This document shows positions 1 through 10,198 of a DNA stretch of 64,000 bases, piece after piece. Location of the stretch: assembly GCA_963788195.1 (NCBI GenBank), contig CAWBGA010000005.1:96001-160000 (forward strand), given 5' to 3'. The notes beneath the pieces were generated by a model, which was not told the DNA's origin, ran no database searches, and worked only from the letters and a program-made list of their open reading frames with translations. Position numbers and translations under genes: made by a program. This DNA comes from Nitrospirota bacterium (GTDB lineage: Bacteria > Nitrospirota > Nitrospiria > Nitrospirales > NS-4). Positions within the stretch are counted from its first letter, which is position 1, and every line of letters begins with the position of its first letter.

Positions 1-208
1 CAATATCGCGGATCCCCTGGAATTTCGAAAGCAGGTTCAGGGTGCGACACTGAATTACGAAGCCGGAAAAACGGGAGCCTTCAATCCCGCCCCTCATTTT
101 TCGGAACGGGCAGAGAAGCAGTGTCCGTTTTGTGCTGAGCGTATCCTCGCCCAGGCGAAGATCTGCCGGTTCTGCAACCGCGACGTCACGCCCGCCCCCG
201 GCAAATAG
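1..208 (+). CDS. 3' end of a protein with a C-terminal double-CxxC zinc ribbon (partial, runs off window start)
   Basis: Manual translation from nt 2: ...NIADPLEFRKQVQG...KQCPFCAERILAQAKICRFCNRD...GK*, TAG at 206-208. Confidence 0.75.
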   Translation, partial: NIADPLEFRKQVQGATLNYEAGKTGAFNPAPHFSERAEKQCPFCAERILAQAKICRFCNRDVTPAPGK

Positions 209-217
209 TCAGCGCTC

Positions 218-246
218 TTGACATCCTCGCACGCGGAGATTGTAAT
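218..246 (+). promoter_or_regulatory. sigma-70-type promoter for the PFK fusion gene
   Basis: TTGACA-17 nt-TGTAAT. Confidence 0.6.
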
Positions 247-281
247 GAGTCACATTCCCGTGATTGTTGCGTAATATCGAT

Positions 282-2594
282 ATGACAACCGACAGAGACG
301 CGCTCGAATTCGTGTCGATTGAAGGACTTTTGGCTTATGGCGAAGCCCTAGCTTCGCTTAGCCGGGTCGAGGGGGCAGAAATCCCTCCGGCCCCAGCTCC
401 GTCGACGGATCGGGAACGGCGGACGCACCAAGCAATGGCGCTCATCACTGCTTTCGTGCAGCGGGCCCAATCGGGGTTTCCGGACGCCCGGGCCTACGAG
501 GCCGCCCGGCAAGCTCTCATCACGGAAGGCTGCGGGGGCGACGAAGTTGTCTTTTACGCCGCCTGGAATAAGCTGCTTGCCGAGGGGGCGCTGGCGCCTC
601 TCTACCGGGCGCCCATCGGTGCGGTGCAGAAACCCAGCTACCGGCGACCGGTGGCGATGGTGCCCCGCGCTCAGCTTACGTCACAGTTGGTCGAGGGGCG
701 GGTGACCCTTGACATGGGTGACGACGGCTTTCTTCTGCTACCGCGCGAACTTGCCGGGCGCACGATTCTATTTGCGATGCGGCATGGCATCTCGCGCGTG
801 GAAAGCAAGACCCACCGAGTAGGACGGCGGTTACCTAACACGCTCGATCCCGGCATGGGTGTCGCGAGGGCTGATGCGGTCGGTGCGGCATTTGCCAGGA
901 TGGTCGGTCTGGTCAGACAGCAACTCGATTTTCTGCGCCTCACCAATTACCTGGATCCTCGGACCTTCCTTCATTTCGTGAGTCGCAGCCCCAATACGAC
1001 CCAATTGTTCGAACGCGTGCTGGCGGCGTTGCTTCCCGAGCAGCCATCGGGTGCCCGGCCGTCCATTGAAGACGCCTTGCAAGCGCAAGATTTCGGCTGG
1101 GTCACGGGCGTCGAAAAGGAACGCGAGGCCAAGAAGGCCGCAGAAATCTTTGGTGTGGACGTAAACACGGTCAAACAGTTGATCAAGCATCCCCTGTATT
1201 CATATCCCGGGGGGCATTCGTTCTTCGACGCCTATGTGCAGGTCGTCGATGGGCTGCACCGCCTTGCTAGTGCACACCTGGGAAACGTCGCTGCGCTTTA
1301 CACCCATAGCACCACGCTGCGCGCGCTCATGATTTACCTGGACCCGCGCCCCTTTCGTGAAGCGTTCGGTGAGTTCGGCGAGTACAAGGAAGGCCAGGAT
1401 AACGTCGTCCTGCTGATATTCGAGAATGGCCAATTCTCAGGATATTCCACCGCCGTCGGCATCTCCGAGCGCGAACGGGCCGAGCGCGATGCCTGGATCA
1501 CTGTTGAACGGGAACGCCGCGACCGTGTGACCCTCAAGCCCAAGCAGGTCAAACGACTTGTCGTGCTGGTCTCGGGCGGTGACTTTGCAGGCGCGGGGGC
1601 CGCGCTCAAGGAATTACGCGTCACCGGAAACCGCTTCGGTCTGGAAGTGTATTTTGTCCGGCATGGTTTCCTAGGGCTTGCGAATAACTGGATCGAAAAA
1701 GTGACGGAACAGGACACCCGCGCCATGAGCAGCGTGGCCAGCAGTCCAATCGGGAGCAGTCGGTTCGAGGATTTCAAAGATGAACAGGTCCAGCATGCCG
1801 CCATGCAGAACCTTGCGCCTCATTTAAAGGATGGGGCATTGGTCGTGATCGGCGGCGACGGGAGTCTCCGCGGCGCTCGGGCGATCTATGAAGCCTTCGG
1901 GGTGCAAGTGGTGGGGATCCCAGGAACCATCGACAACAACATCGCGAGGACGGTCTCGCTTGGATTTCACTCCGCGGTGGCCCTAGCCAACCAGTCGATT
2001 GAATCATTGAAGGCCACGAGCGCGGCGATGGGCAGCATTTTTTTCGTCGAAGTGATGGGAGCCGGCTCGGGGCATCTCGCGCTGGCCTGCGCCTACCAAG
2101 CGAGGGCCGAGGGCGTGCTGGTGAACGAATATCCCGATCCGGATGCCTACATTGACGACATCATCCTCGGGACACTCAAACAGACGCTCGGGGTGCCGAA
2201 CAAGAGTCATTTGTTCGTCGTCGCAGAGCGGACACCGCACCGCCACCATCCCGGCGGAGGGGTCCACGGGCTCGTGGAGTATGTAGCGGGCGCAATTGCC
2301 CAGTGGCCGCAGCTTCGCCCAAGCTCACATAGAATGACGCTGGCGACGAAGGCAACCATTCTGGGACATACGCTTCGAGGAGCTCTTCCAATGCCGGACG
2401 ACAAAGCCATCGCGCAGGATCTCGGCTATGAGACCGTGCGTCGGCTTGTGGCGCAGCCGGAATCGGTCGTGGGTTGTATGTTGGCCTACCGTGAGCCGTC
2501 GTCAATCGAAGCCATTCCACTTCATGCGGTTGCGCCTAAGATGTTTGATTGGGAACTCTTCACCCGGATGCACGGCAAAGACCTTCCGCGATAA
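282..2594 (+). CDS. 6-phosphofructokinase (PfkA fold) fused to an N-terminal histidine-phosphatase-like domain
   Basis: C-terminal SGGD, GSSR, GGDGS, PGTIDN, EVMG, LGH..RG motifs; N-terminal MRHG and YTHS phosphatase motifs; ATG at 282 preferred over TTG at 264. Confidence 0.85.
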   Translation: MTTDRDALEFVSIEGLLAYGEALASLSRVEGAEIPPAPAPSTDRERRTHQAMALITAFVQRAQSGFPDARAYEAARQALITEGCGGDEVVFYAAWNKLLAEGALAPLYRAPIGAVQKPSYRRPVAMVPRAQLTSQLVEGRVTLDMGDDGFLLLPRELAGRTILFAMRHGISRVESKTHRVGRRLPNTLDPGMGVARADAVGAAFARMVGLVRQQLDFLRLTNYLDPRTFLHFVSRSPNTTQLFERVLAALLPEQPSGARPSIEDALQAQDFGWVTGVEKEREAKKAAEIFGVDVNTVKQLIKHPLYSYPGGHSFFDAYVQVVDGLHRLASAHLGNVAALYTHSTTLRALMIYLDPRPFREAFGEFGEYKEGQDNVVLLIFENGQFSGYSTAVGISERERAERDAWITVERERRDRVTLKPKQVKRLVVLVSGGDFAGAGAALKELRVTGNRFGLEVYFVRHGFLGLANNWIEKVTEQDTRAMSSVASSPIGSSRFEDFKDEQVQHAAMQNLAPHLKDGALVVIGGDGSLRGARAIYEAFGVQVVGIPGTIDNNIARTVSLGFHSAVALANQSIESLKATSAAMGSIFFVEVMGAGSGHLALACAYQARAEGVLVNEYPDPDAYIDDIILGTLKQTLGVPNKSHLFVVAERTPHRHHPGGGVHGLVEYVAGAIAQWPQLRPSSHRMTLATKATILGHTLRGALPMPDDKAIAQDLGYETVRRLVAQPESVVGCMLAYREPSSIEAIPLHAVAPKMFDWELFTRMHGKDLPR

Positions 2595-2691
2595 GACCCT
2601 CCCTTTGATGTTCGCCCTCCTCCTCGTTGGGGTTGGAAAACTCCCCTCTGCATCCGACAATTTATTCTTCACCCTCAAAAAGGAGGAAACC

Positions 2692-3084
2692 ATGAAGGCT
2701 TCCCAGTTTGGAGTCGCAATAGTGTTGTGCAGCACCGTTCTCATGGCTTGCCAGTCCAATCCGCCACCGACGGTTGCTAGCGCGTCCGGACAGGTTCCGA
2801 CCCAGGCGGATATAGATAGCTGCAATAGTTCCGCGCGGGACCAAAGCGGAACCGGAACCAGCGAGGTGTTAAAGGATGCCGCTATTGGAGGAGTGGGAGG
2901 CGCGGGTGTTGGCGCGGCCGGCGGGGCCATTGCCGACGGCGGATCTGGCGCCGGCAAAGGCGCCGCGATTGGTGGGATTGTGGGGGCGACAGCCGGCACT
3001 CTGTACGGGTTGAATGAGCGCAACAAGGGCCAGGCGTCTTACGAAAATGCATACCGTTCGTGCATGGCACAACGCGGATACTGA
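2692..3084 (+). CDS. glycine-zipper lipoprotein
   Basis: AGGAGG RBS, lipobox LMAC, GAAIGGIVGATAG zipper, C-terminal CMAQRGY. Confidence 0.85.
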   Translation: MKASQFGVAIVLCSTVLMACQSNPPPTVASASGQVPTQADIDSCNSSARDQSGTGTSEVLKDAAIGGVGGAGVGAAGGAIADGGSGAGKGAAIGGIVGATAGTLYGLNERNKGQASYENAYRSCMAQRGY

Positions 3085-3097
3085 TTGCACCGATAAC

Positions 3098-3121
3098 CGA
3101 GGCCAGGTCGTCCTGGCCTCG
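3098..3121. terminator. hairpin between convergent genes (possible bidirectional terminator)
   Basis: CGAGGCCAGG-tcgt-CCTGGCCTCG perfect 10-bp stem; no clear U-tract. Confidence 0.4.
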
Positions 3122-3201
3122 TCCCTCCTCTCGCTGTACGCCACCCGACCCTAAACGATTACAAGGCATCTATGGCAGATCCGCAAAAGAAAATTATAGT
3201 G

Positions 3202-4206
3202 TCAGATCGGAAGAGAGTAGAGCCTGTAGGCAAGCTCAAAAGCCCGGGAGGTGGTGCGGGTGTAGCCTGTGGCGAGCTTTCTGAGCAGTTTCTGCCGCGG
3301 GACCTCGTCTGCCAGTGATGGTTCAATGGAAAAATGGCGATAGCCTAGGTTGACGTCGATGCCAAAGTCTAACGCCTTTTCGAAGGCGCTCGTGAGAAGC
3401 AAGGTCAGGGTGACGTCGGGGAGGTCAAGCGCTCGAGACGCAAGTGCCATGACTTCCTCGAAGTCCTCACGAACTTGCGGCGAATCGGGGGTAAAAAGAT
3501 TGCGCGCGCACGCATTGGTCAGATGCACGATCGCCGCGGCTCGATCCGCGACAGCCCAGTCGGCTGTCTCCCAGTCGGGAGGCGCGAGGATCAAATCTTT
3601 TGGCAGCGTGTGGATGTCTGCGACCAGGACTGTGAGATCATGCGGCGCTTTGCCCGTAACCAGACGATGCGCTTCATCATAGCGCAGGCCTTCGGTATAG
3701 GCACGGCACAGGATATCCTCGTACACGTCCGGCATGTGAACGGCAAGGGCGACTTCCCCCAGGCTTTCGAGCAAGGCGGTGGTAAAGAGGGTTTCGGAAT
3801 CGGGCAGACCGACGGCATCGCATAGCGAAGTGGTCTGATGTGCGGCCACAAATGCCCGCGCCAGGAGACGCCCCAGACGCGGTGCAGACTCTGCGGACCG
3901 GTGCACGAGCTCGACGAATTCAGCAGCGATGGCGATATCGCGGATGACGTCGTAGCCGATCAGAAGAATTGCGCGCTTGATCGTCGTGATTTTCTCTGGA
4001 CTGCGCGAGTAATACGGGCTATTGGCGATGACCAGGACCCGCGCGACAAAGGCCTGGTCACGGCGGATCGTATGCACAATGAGATCGGCATCGGTAGCCG
4101 GTGAGGAGAGCTGCGCGATGAGTTTGGCCGAGGTCTCGCGGATAACAGGAAGGGGGCCCGCGAGCTTGTCGGTTAGCTCTGAGACGAGGCCGGTTGAATC
4201 AGACAT
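3202..4206 (-). CDS. HDOD domain protein
   Basis: LPVIRE...IRRDQAFVARVLVIANSPYY...ITTIKRAILLIG...TALLESLG pattern. Confidence 0.85.
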   Translation of the reverse strand: MSDSTGLVSELTDKLAGPLPVIRETSAKLIAQLSSPATDADLIVHTIRRDQAFVARVLVIANSPYYSRSPEKITTIKRAILLIGYDVIRDIAIAAEFVELVHRSAESAPRLGRLLARAFVAAHQTTSLCDAVGLPDSETLFTTALLESLGEVALAVHMPDVYEDILCRAYTEGLRYDEAHRLVTGKAPHDLTVLVADIHTLPKDLILAPPDWETADWAVADRAAAIVHLTNACARNLFTPDSPQVREDFEEVMALASRALDLPDVTLTLLLTSAFEKALDFGIDVNLGYRHFSIEPSLADEVPRQKLLRKLATGYTRTTSRAFELAYRLYSLPI

Positions 4207-4299
4207 AACAGTGAGCGGACGGGCACAGCATGATTCTTTCTTGTCGGTGGGAACAGGCGCACACTTGAGATAAAAGATGGGGCAGGATCGGGTGAGCGT

Positions 4300-5205
4300 T
4301 CAGCCTGCTGCGAGAGCCTGGATCTCGCGAATCAATTTTTGAAGCTTTTCAGATGCGTGAGTGCGCTGGCGCGGGGTAATGGTTCGATCGATCATGAGAA
4401 CAGTGGCCTTAACATCGTCCCGCCAGCGCTGCGCGGAGTCGAGCGAAGGCTGCGCAGACTGCTTTCCGGGACTCTCAAACCATTCATGAATTCTGTGTTC
4501 GATCAGAGCGGGCTTTGGCCGGGATTGAAGGAGCCGCACAAACTCATCCTGCCGTCGCATGCGATAGGCCAACCAGTCATCGGCGGTGTCGGCCATGTCT
4601 TTGATCAACCGCTCCGTGAGCCGTTCCTGTTCCGCCGTGAGCGGGCCGAGCCAGTCTCGGAGAGAAGAGATCCCGTTTTTCGCGCGTTTGACGGATCGCT
4701 CTTCGGGTGTCGCGCCGGCCCGTGCTTGCCACTGTCGATGTTCGCGCTGCACGACGCGCTCAAGGCGTTTCAGCTGCTTGGCATCTACGGTGGCTAGAAA
4801 GACGCCTCCTTCGGAAGCAATACGATTTGCGAGGCTAGCGCGGAGGTTCGCGAAAGTGTCGAAGGACCAGTCAATGTCTTCGGGGGTGAGGCCATCCTGC
4901 CAGCGGTCGTGAACTTGCCTCAAAAACTCGGAATAGCGGGGAATCTCTGTATGCCGATGCCAGACATGTAGTTCCGCCAGCTTAGCCTTGAGGTATCCAT
5001 CTTGATCCTGAGACAGTTGAAAATAGCGGTCAATCCTCCATAGTAACAACCGCTCGGCATGGTCATAGGTAAAAGTCAGGGTGACGCAGCCCGCGAGAAC
5101 TACGACCAAGGCGGCGCAGGAAATGAGGTATTTTACGCACAATAACGCGTTCGGGGGACGAAATCGGCTTACTGATGGTCGCGGGCCGGCGATAAGCATG
5201 ACCAT
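4300..5205 (-). CDS. DUF6279-like lipoprotein (true start may be downstream of 5205)
   Basis: Lipobox LAGC; W.IDRYF.L..Q...WHR.TE.P.Y pattern. Confidence 0.7.
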   Translation of the reverse strand: MVMLIAGPRPSVSRFRPPNALLCVKYLISCAALVVVLAGCVTLTFTYDHAERLLLWRIDRYFQLSQDQDGYLKAKLAELHVWHRHTEIPRYSEFLRQVHDRWQDGLTPEDIDWSFDTFANLRASLANRIASEGGVFLATVDAKQLKRLERVVQREHRQWQARAGATPEERSVKRAKNGISSLRDWLGPLTAEQERLTERLIKDMADTADDWLAYRMRRQDEFVRLLQSRPKPALIEHRIHEWFESPGKQSAQPSLDSAQRWRDDVKATVLMIDRTITPRQRTHASEKLQKLIREIQALAAG

Positions 5206-5249
5206 TGATCATACCACGAGCTAGAAACAGGCCGAAATTAAGGCTGTCG

Positions 5250-5735
5250 TCAACGCACGAGATCCCAAAGCCTCTGTACCAGCCAGAGAGTCCCCATCAT
5301 CACCAGGACGAAGAGAACGAGCAACAACAGAATCACACTGAGAACGAAAATCCAATCTGCGGTGGTGGCCACGCGCCGCGGCTCGCGAGCGTAGCGCTGG
5401 ATCAAGGCCAGATTCCTCATATTGGACTTGAACCAGAAAGAAAATACGTCCCCGATGCCAGGAATCGCGCCGATCACCGTGTTGAGGAACACGTTAAGAC
5501 TCATGCGGACAAGCACAATCCTTGGGAGGCCCATCTGGGCTCCAAGAAACAGCAGTGAGGAGCCGAGCAAGTTCCCAAGTGTGTCTCCAAAGCCCGGGAT
5601 GAGGCCGATAATTGGATCGAGTCCTATCCGTATCGATGTGCCGGGCAAATTAAAAGCGCTGTCGAGAAGGGTCGCGATGCCCCTCGCAATCGAGGCGTAT
5701 GGTTCTGGGGCGACGCGTTCCTCTTCGCGCGTCAC
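5250..5735 (-). CDS. DUF4112 membrane protein
   Basis: LLDSAF.LPGT..RIGLDPIIGLIPG.GD and IGAIPGIGD..F.FKSNMRN. Confidence 0.85.
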   Translation of the reverse strand: MTREEERVAPEPYASIARGIATLLDSAFNLPGTSIRIGLDPIIGLIPGFGDTLGNLLGSSLLFLGAQMGLPRIVLVRMSLNVFLNTVIGAIPGIGDVFSFWFKSNMRNLALIQRYAREPRRVATTADWIFVLSVILLLLVLFVLVMMGTLWLVQRLWDLVR

Positions 5736-6625
5736 TATTGTTGCCCGCGCCAGTCGGGTCGGGCCACTTCGCGCCAGCGGTCTCGAATTGAACGGTATTC
5801 TGACTCTGAAAGGGCGCCGGCTGCCAGCAACGAGACATTTTCATGCCAGCGTGCTAGCTTGGTCGTCCCAACAATGGCCGTGTGCACGCCGGGCACCGTC
5901 ATCGTAAACCTGAGCGAGGTCCCCGCTACAGCCCCAGTACTCCCATAAGCAAAATTCAGTTCGCGCCAGCGTGCCCAATATGGATGCACATACGTATCGG
6001 GTGGCTCTGTCTGATAGCGCCACACCGCGTTCGCCAGAGGTCGCTTTGCGATGACGCCAAGCTGCGTTTGATCCGCAAGCGGCAGGATGCGATCGATTGC
6101 GTCCTGGTCTGCTACGCTGACGGAAATCTGTAGGACGTCGAAGTCCCCGCACGTCACTGCGTACAGCGCCGCGTCGTTATCCCCGCTGTAACCAATGTAA
6201 CGGGTTTTGCCGGCATCGCGGGCCCGCCGTAACTCCGCGGTCAGCTTGCCGTCACGAAGGACCTCCTCCGAACAGCTGTGGAGCTGCACGAGGTCAACAT
6301 GGTCAGTGCGGAGACGGCGAAGGCTGCGCTCGATGCTGGGAATGACAAGCCTGGGATGCCACTCGGGAAAGTTAAAGCCTGCAGCATGCCCACATTTCGT
6401 AAATAGATAATAGTCGTCCCGCCTGGCGGAAATCGTCTGCCCAATGAGCTCCTCGCTGGCATCATAGCATTCCGCGGTATCGATAACGTTCAAGCCGGAA
6501 TCTAGCGCGCCGTTGAGAAGGCTGTCCACCGCGGCCACCGACGTATCCTCGAAGCCGATTTCCGCTGCCCCGAAGCCCAGCAGGCTCACCTCCATGTCCG
6601 TTTTCCCCAGGCGACGCCGTTCCAT
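5735..6625 (-). CDS. aldo/keto reductase
   Basis: LGFGA, IDTAECY..SEE.IG, TKCG, SLRRLRTDHVDLVQLH. Confidence 0.92.
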   Translation of the reverse strand: MERRRLGKTDMEVSLLGFGAAEIGFEDTSVAAVDSLLNGALDSGLNVIDTAECYDASEELIGQTISARRDDYYLFTKCGHAAGFNFPEWHPRLVIPSIERSLRRLRTDHVDLVQLHSCSEEVLRDGKLTAELRRARDAGKTRYIGYSGDNDAALYAVTCGDFDVLQISVSVADQDAIDRILPLADQTQLGVIAKRPLANAVWRYQTEPPDTYVHPYWARWRELNFAYGSTGAVAGTSLRFTMTVPGVHTAIVGTTKLARWHENVSLLAAGALSESEYRSIRDRWREVARPDWRGQQ

Positions 6626-6972
6626 GAGTGTTCACTATTGCCTATGTGGAATCCGTTTGGATTGCGGAGCGGCGCCGTCTCGCACCGGAAGGCATACCCC
6701 TTCCGGTGAATAGCGCTCTGTGCAGCATAACGCAGGGCTCACCCTTCCCGCCAGTTGAGCTAAGCGTCGTTCCTTGTTGGGCGCCTTAAAGACAGCGCAA
6801 ACACTCTCCTCTGGGTTTCTGAACCCAGGACGTCAGGTTGAAATTCGCCAACTGCCAGGAATATACCGAGCCGCCAGTATTTTGACTCGTAGGTTCTACG
6901 TACCTATACGATCGATGGGGGCGCAGGGTGCCAGAGACCTCAATACGTAGGTGTGTCTCAGATGAGAGCGAT

Positions 6973-6988
6973 TGGCATTCGCCTTGCT
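6973..6988 (+). promoter_or_regulatory. sigma-54 (-24/-12) promoter
   Basis: TGGCATTCGCCTTGCT with GG-N10-GC spacing. Confidence 0.75.
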
Positions 6989-7069
6989 GTATATAACCCT
7001 AAAGAACTATCTCAATGATAATGGCCCGGTGCCCCGCACGTTGCGCGGTACATGGTAAGGAGATGACCC

Positions 7070-7240
7070 ATGAAATGTCCAAAGTGTCGAGGGATGATGG
7101 TTGATGAGCGCTCTGCCGATCATTTTATGATCAGGTTGGAGCGTCGTTGTCTCTGTTGTGGAAATGTCATGAATGTTTCCATGCTGCATATCCGGGCAAC
7201 GGATTTGAGGCCAGCCGCGACCGCGCGATGGAGTCGGTAA
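7070..7240 (+). CDS. 56-aa zinc-ribbon microprotein (below ORF-track cutoff)
   Basis: AAGGAG RBS; MKCPKCRGMMVDE...RRCLCCGNV; paralogue at 44371-44556. Confidence 0.75.
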   Translation: MKCPKCRGMMVDERSADHFMIRLERRCLCCGNVMNVSMLHIRATDLRPAATARWSR

Positions 7241-7265
7241 ATTTTCGCGTAGCAGGCAAAGCTTC

Positions 7266-7787
7266 ATGTGGACAGGCCGCAACACTGTAGGGAAAGCCAA
7301 TGGAAACGACGACATCAGCTTGCTTGGTAAGAATGCGCGATTTAAAGGTGCCATCATGTTTGAAGGCACTGCCCGGATTGATGGACGGCTCGAGGGAGAC
7401 ATTTCTACGGAAGGGATTCTGGTTATCGGGACAGATGCCGTTGTCGAAGGGAACATTGCGGCCCGCGCGGTCCACTGCGCCGGCACGGTAACCGGAGATA
7501 TCGTCGCATCCGAAAGAGTTGATCTCGTCTCGCCCGCGTTCGTGACGGGACGCGTCAAAACCCCCCGACTGACCCTGCAGGAAGGCGTATCATTTTTGGG
7601 CTTTTCGGAAGTGCACAATGTAGAAGCTGCATTGACCGTCCAAGTCACCTCGGTCCCCCCCACGGGGGAGGGGCTGATCGACCAGGGCGGAACGCACGTA
7701 CCCCACTCACCGCTACCACGCAAGAAGCTGATCGCGTGGGACGCTCCAGCCAATCCTGCATCCTCGTCGACCGCCATCGGAGAGTGA
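7266..7787 (+). CDS. bactofilin (polymer-forming cytoskeletal protein)
   Basis: SLLGKNARFKGAI.FEG..RIDGRLEGDI...VEGNI.A...G.V.GDI.A beta-helix repeats. Confidence 0.9.
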   Translation: MWTGRNTVGKANGNDDISLLGKNARFKGAIMFEGTARIDGRLEGDISTEGILVIGTDAVVEGNIAARAVHCAGTVTGDIVASERVDLVSPAFVTGRVKTPRLTLQEGVSFLGFSEVHNVEAALTVQVTSVPPTGEGLIDQGGTHVPHSPLPRKKLIAWDAPANPASSSTAIGE

Positions 7788-7870
7788 TTCCTTCCCGTTG
7801 AGGCGTAAAACTACTCCGCATTTTCTTTCACCTACCCGGACCGATGCACTGAGTGCTCTACTTAAAGAAG

Positions 7871-7942
7871 TCCGGGACAGATTCATTTTTCAGCAGGGAT
7901 AGAAGATACCAGGGGAGCATCTGAAGACAAATAGGTCCCGGA
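7871..7942. repeat. paired inverted repeat of the GGGACAG family
   Basis: TCCGGGACAGATT ... AATAGGTCCCGGA. Confidence 0.45.
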
Positions 7943-7947
7943 TTCGA

Positions 7948-9324
7948 TTAACCTCTTCGTAGTTTCTCCACCAGTGTCGTACGGTTCAAGCCAAGGAGTT
8001 CGGCCGCTCGGCTCTTAACCCCGTTGCTGAGAACCAGGGCCTTCTCGATCAGATTGTGTTCAAGCTCATCTATAACACTTGGGAGGTCAATGCCTTCCGG
8101 GGGAAAGCTGATCACGGCGGCAGGGTCTTCAGACTTCTTGAGTTGTCGCATTGCGATCGGCAGATCTTCGGCCTCAATTAAGCCTGACGTCTTGAGCGCG
8201 CCGACTCGTTGAATGAAATTCTCCAACTCACGAACATTACCGGGCCAATGGTAGGCTTGCAGCAGATCGAGAGCTTCGGGTGTGACTCCTGTGATCATCG
8301 CGGTATTGAGCGGGTTTAAACGATCCAGGAAGTATCGAATCAAGATCGGAATATCCTCAGGACGCGACCTCAATGGAGGCAGGGTGAGAGGGATGACATT
8401 GAGACGGTAGTAAAGATCCTCGCGGAACCGGCCTTCTTCGACGGCCTGCTCCAGATCCTGGTTTGTCGCGGAAATTACACGTACATCCACCGAAAGCGTT
8501 TTGGAACCCCCAACGCGTTCGAAAGAGCGTTCTTGCAACACCCGCAAAAGCTTTACCTGAAGATTTGGGCTCAGCTCACCGATTTCGTCGAGAAAAATCG
8601 TCCCCTTGTGTGCCAATTCGAAGCGGCCGGCGCGGGCCGCCACTGCTCCCGTGAACGCTCCCTTCTCGTGGCCGAAAAATTCACTTTCCAGGAGACCTTC
8701 TGGAATTGCCCCGCAGTTGACGGCGACAAAGGGACCCATCCTATTGGTATTCTGATGATGGAGCGCGAGAGCTACCAATTCTTTGCCGGTGCCGCTTTCG
8801 CCGGAGATGAGGACGGTGCTGTCGGTCTCTGCGATCTTTCCGATCAGGCAATGCAGTTCTAGAATAGCCGGGCTGATCCCGATGAGAATTTCAGGGGCGC
8901 GACGCTTCTCGATAACCTTTCGCAGCGAGGCATTTTCGGCTGCCAATCGCCGGCATTCGAAGGCGTTACGCACGGCAATATTGAGCCGCTCAGCATCAAA
9001 AGGCTTCGTAATGAAGTCAGTGGCGCCTGATTTCATCGCCTGGACCACCATCTCGAAGGTGCCGTATCCTGTGATGACGAGGATTTGAGTGTCGGGCGAA
9101 AGCCGGCGAAGTGGCGTGATCAAGTCGAGTCCGCTGCCATGGGGCATGCGGATGTCCAGCAGGACAACGCCGTATGCGTTGGCTTGCACGCGTTCGAGAG
9201 CCTGAGGAGCCTCGCCGGTAGCTTCGACCTCATAACCCAGGTGCTGTAACCTGTACTTCAGGGCCTCCCTGATAGCCTGTTCGTCGTCTATAACTAAAAT
9301 GGATTGTACGGGCGATTCGCTCAT
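7948..9324 (-). CDS. sigma-54-dependent response regulator (NtrC family: REC-AAA+-Fis HTH)
   Basis: REC DD/D/K residues, [43 protein letters not shown]. Confidence 0.95.
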   Translation of the reverse strand: MSESPVQSILVIDDEQAIREALKYRLQHLGYEVEATGEAPQALERVQANAYGVVLLDIRMPHGSGLDLITPLRRLSPDTQILVITGYGTFEMVVQAMKSGATDFITKPFDAERLNIAVRNAFECRRLAAENASLRKVIEKRRAPEILIGISPAILELHCLIGKIAETDSTVLISGESGTGKELVALALHHQNTNRMGPFVAVNCGAIPEGLLESEFFGHEKGAFTGAVAARAGRFELAHKGTIFLDEIGELSPNLQVKLLRVLQERSFERVGGSKTLSVDVRVISATNQDLEQAVEEGRFREDLYYRLNVIPLTLPPLRSRPEDIPILIRYFLDRLNPLNTAMITGVTPEALDLLQAYHWPGNVRELENFIQRVGALKTSGLIEAEDLPIAMRQLKKSEDPAAVISFPPEGIDLPSVIDELEHNLIEKALVLSNGVKSRAAELLGLNRTTLVEKLRRG

Positions 9325-9546
9325 ATGCCTGCCGAAGGGAAGAGATTGCCTACCCTAAAATAATGAAGAAAATTAACTCAAGTGTCAATGCTTAATATAG
9401 TCAATATAATTACCTAATGTATTTTAGTGACATAATCCGTCTTTTGGGTCACCCCCGAGAATTTGGTGGGTTTACGCCTGAGCCGCATTACCCGCAAAAT
9501 AACAAACATGTTGTTGCATACCGGTACGCAATACTTCGGTGGATGA

Positions 9547-10186
9547 GTGAAGAAGATAGGATCATGGGTAGGGCGATGGGCGCATTTTATGGTGTTGGGA
9601 GCCGGTCTGCTTATTGCCCAGACAGCTCAGGCGGAATGGTACACCGGACTTTATACCGGGGTGAACTTCGCCGACGATCTGTCATAATGTGGAGGGCACC
9701 GACGGATTGGCCGGACTCCGCGCCCCGGACTTTGACCTCAAGAATTCCATCGTGTACGGCGCGAAACTGGGGAATTACTTCGGGCACAGCTGGTTTGGTA
9801 TTGAGGGCGAAGTATTTAACAGCACACCTCACGTCAAGAATCTCGATGACATTCCGGGGTTTCATCTTCGCGTCACAACGCTGGCCTTGAATATTGTGGC
9901 GCGGTATCCCGGCCGGTCTGTCCAACCCTACGGCGGCATCGGCTTCGCCCTGCTCCTGGCGAGAATGGGGGAGTCCGCCACCACCCGGTCGGATTCGGCT
10001 GTCGGTCCGGCCTTCAATGCGATTGCCGGAATTCGTTTCTTTCTTACCCCTTACATCGCCTTGTTCACCGAATACAAGTTCTCAGAAGGCACGCTGCAAT
10101 TTGATAATGCCTTTGTCGTGGGCGGCGGCTTTGAAGCGGACTACCGTGCTCAATATGTTATAGCTGGCGTCACGTATCACTTCTAG
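9547..10186 (+). CDS. outer-membrane beta-barrel protein, one apparent frameshift near 9682
   Basis: Signal peptide ...AQAEWYTGLYTGVNF in one frame joins HNVEGT...QPYGGIG...LFTEYK...GVTYHF in the next; terminal Phe. Confidence 0.75.
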
Positions 10187-10198
10187 ACAGGGCCACCG

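Noticed and set aside
7007..7777. Long antisense ORFs in the track (e.g. 7007-7777, 20275-21087, 25293-26135, 38770-39630)
   Set aside because: Shadow frames of well-supported genes in GC-rich DNA, with no recognisable motifs.
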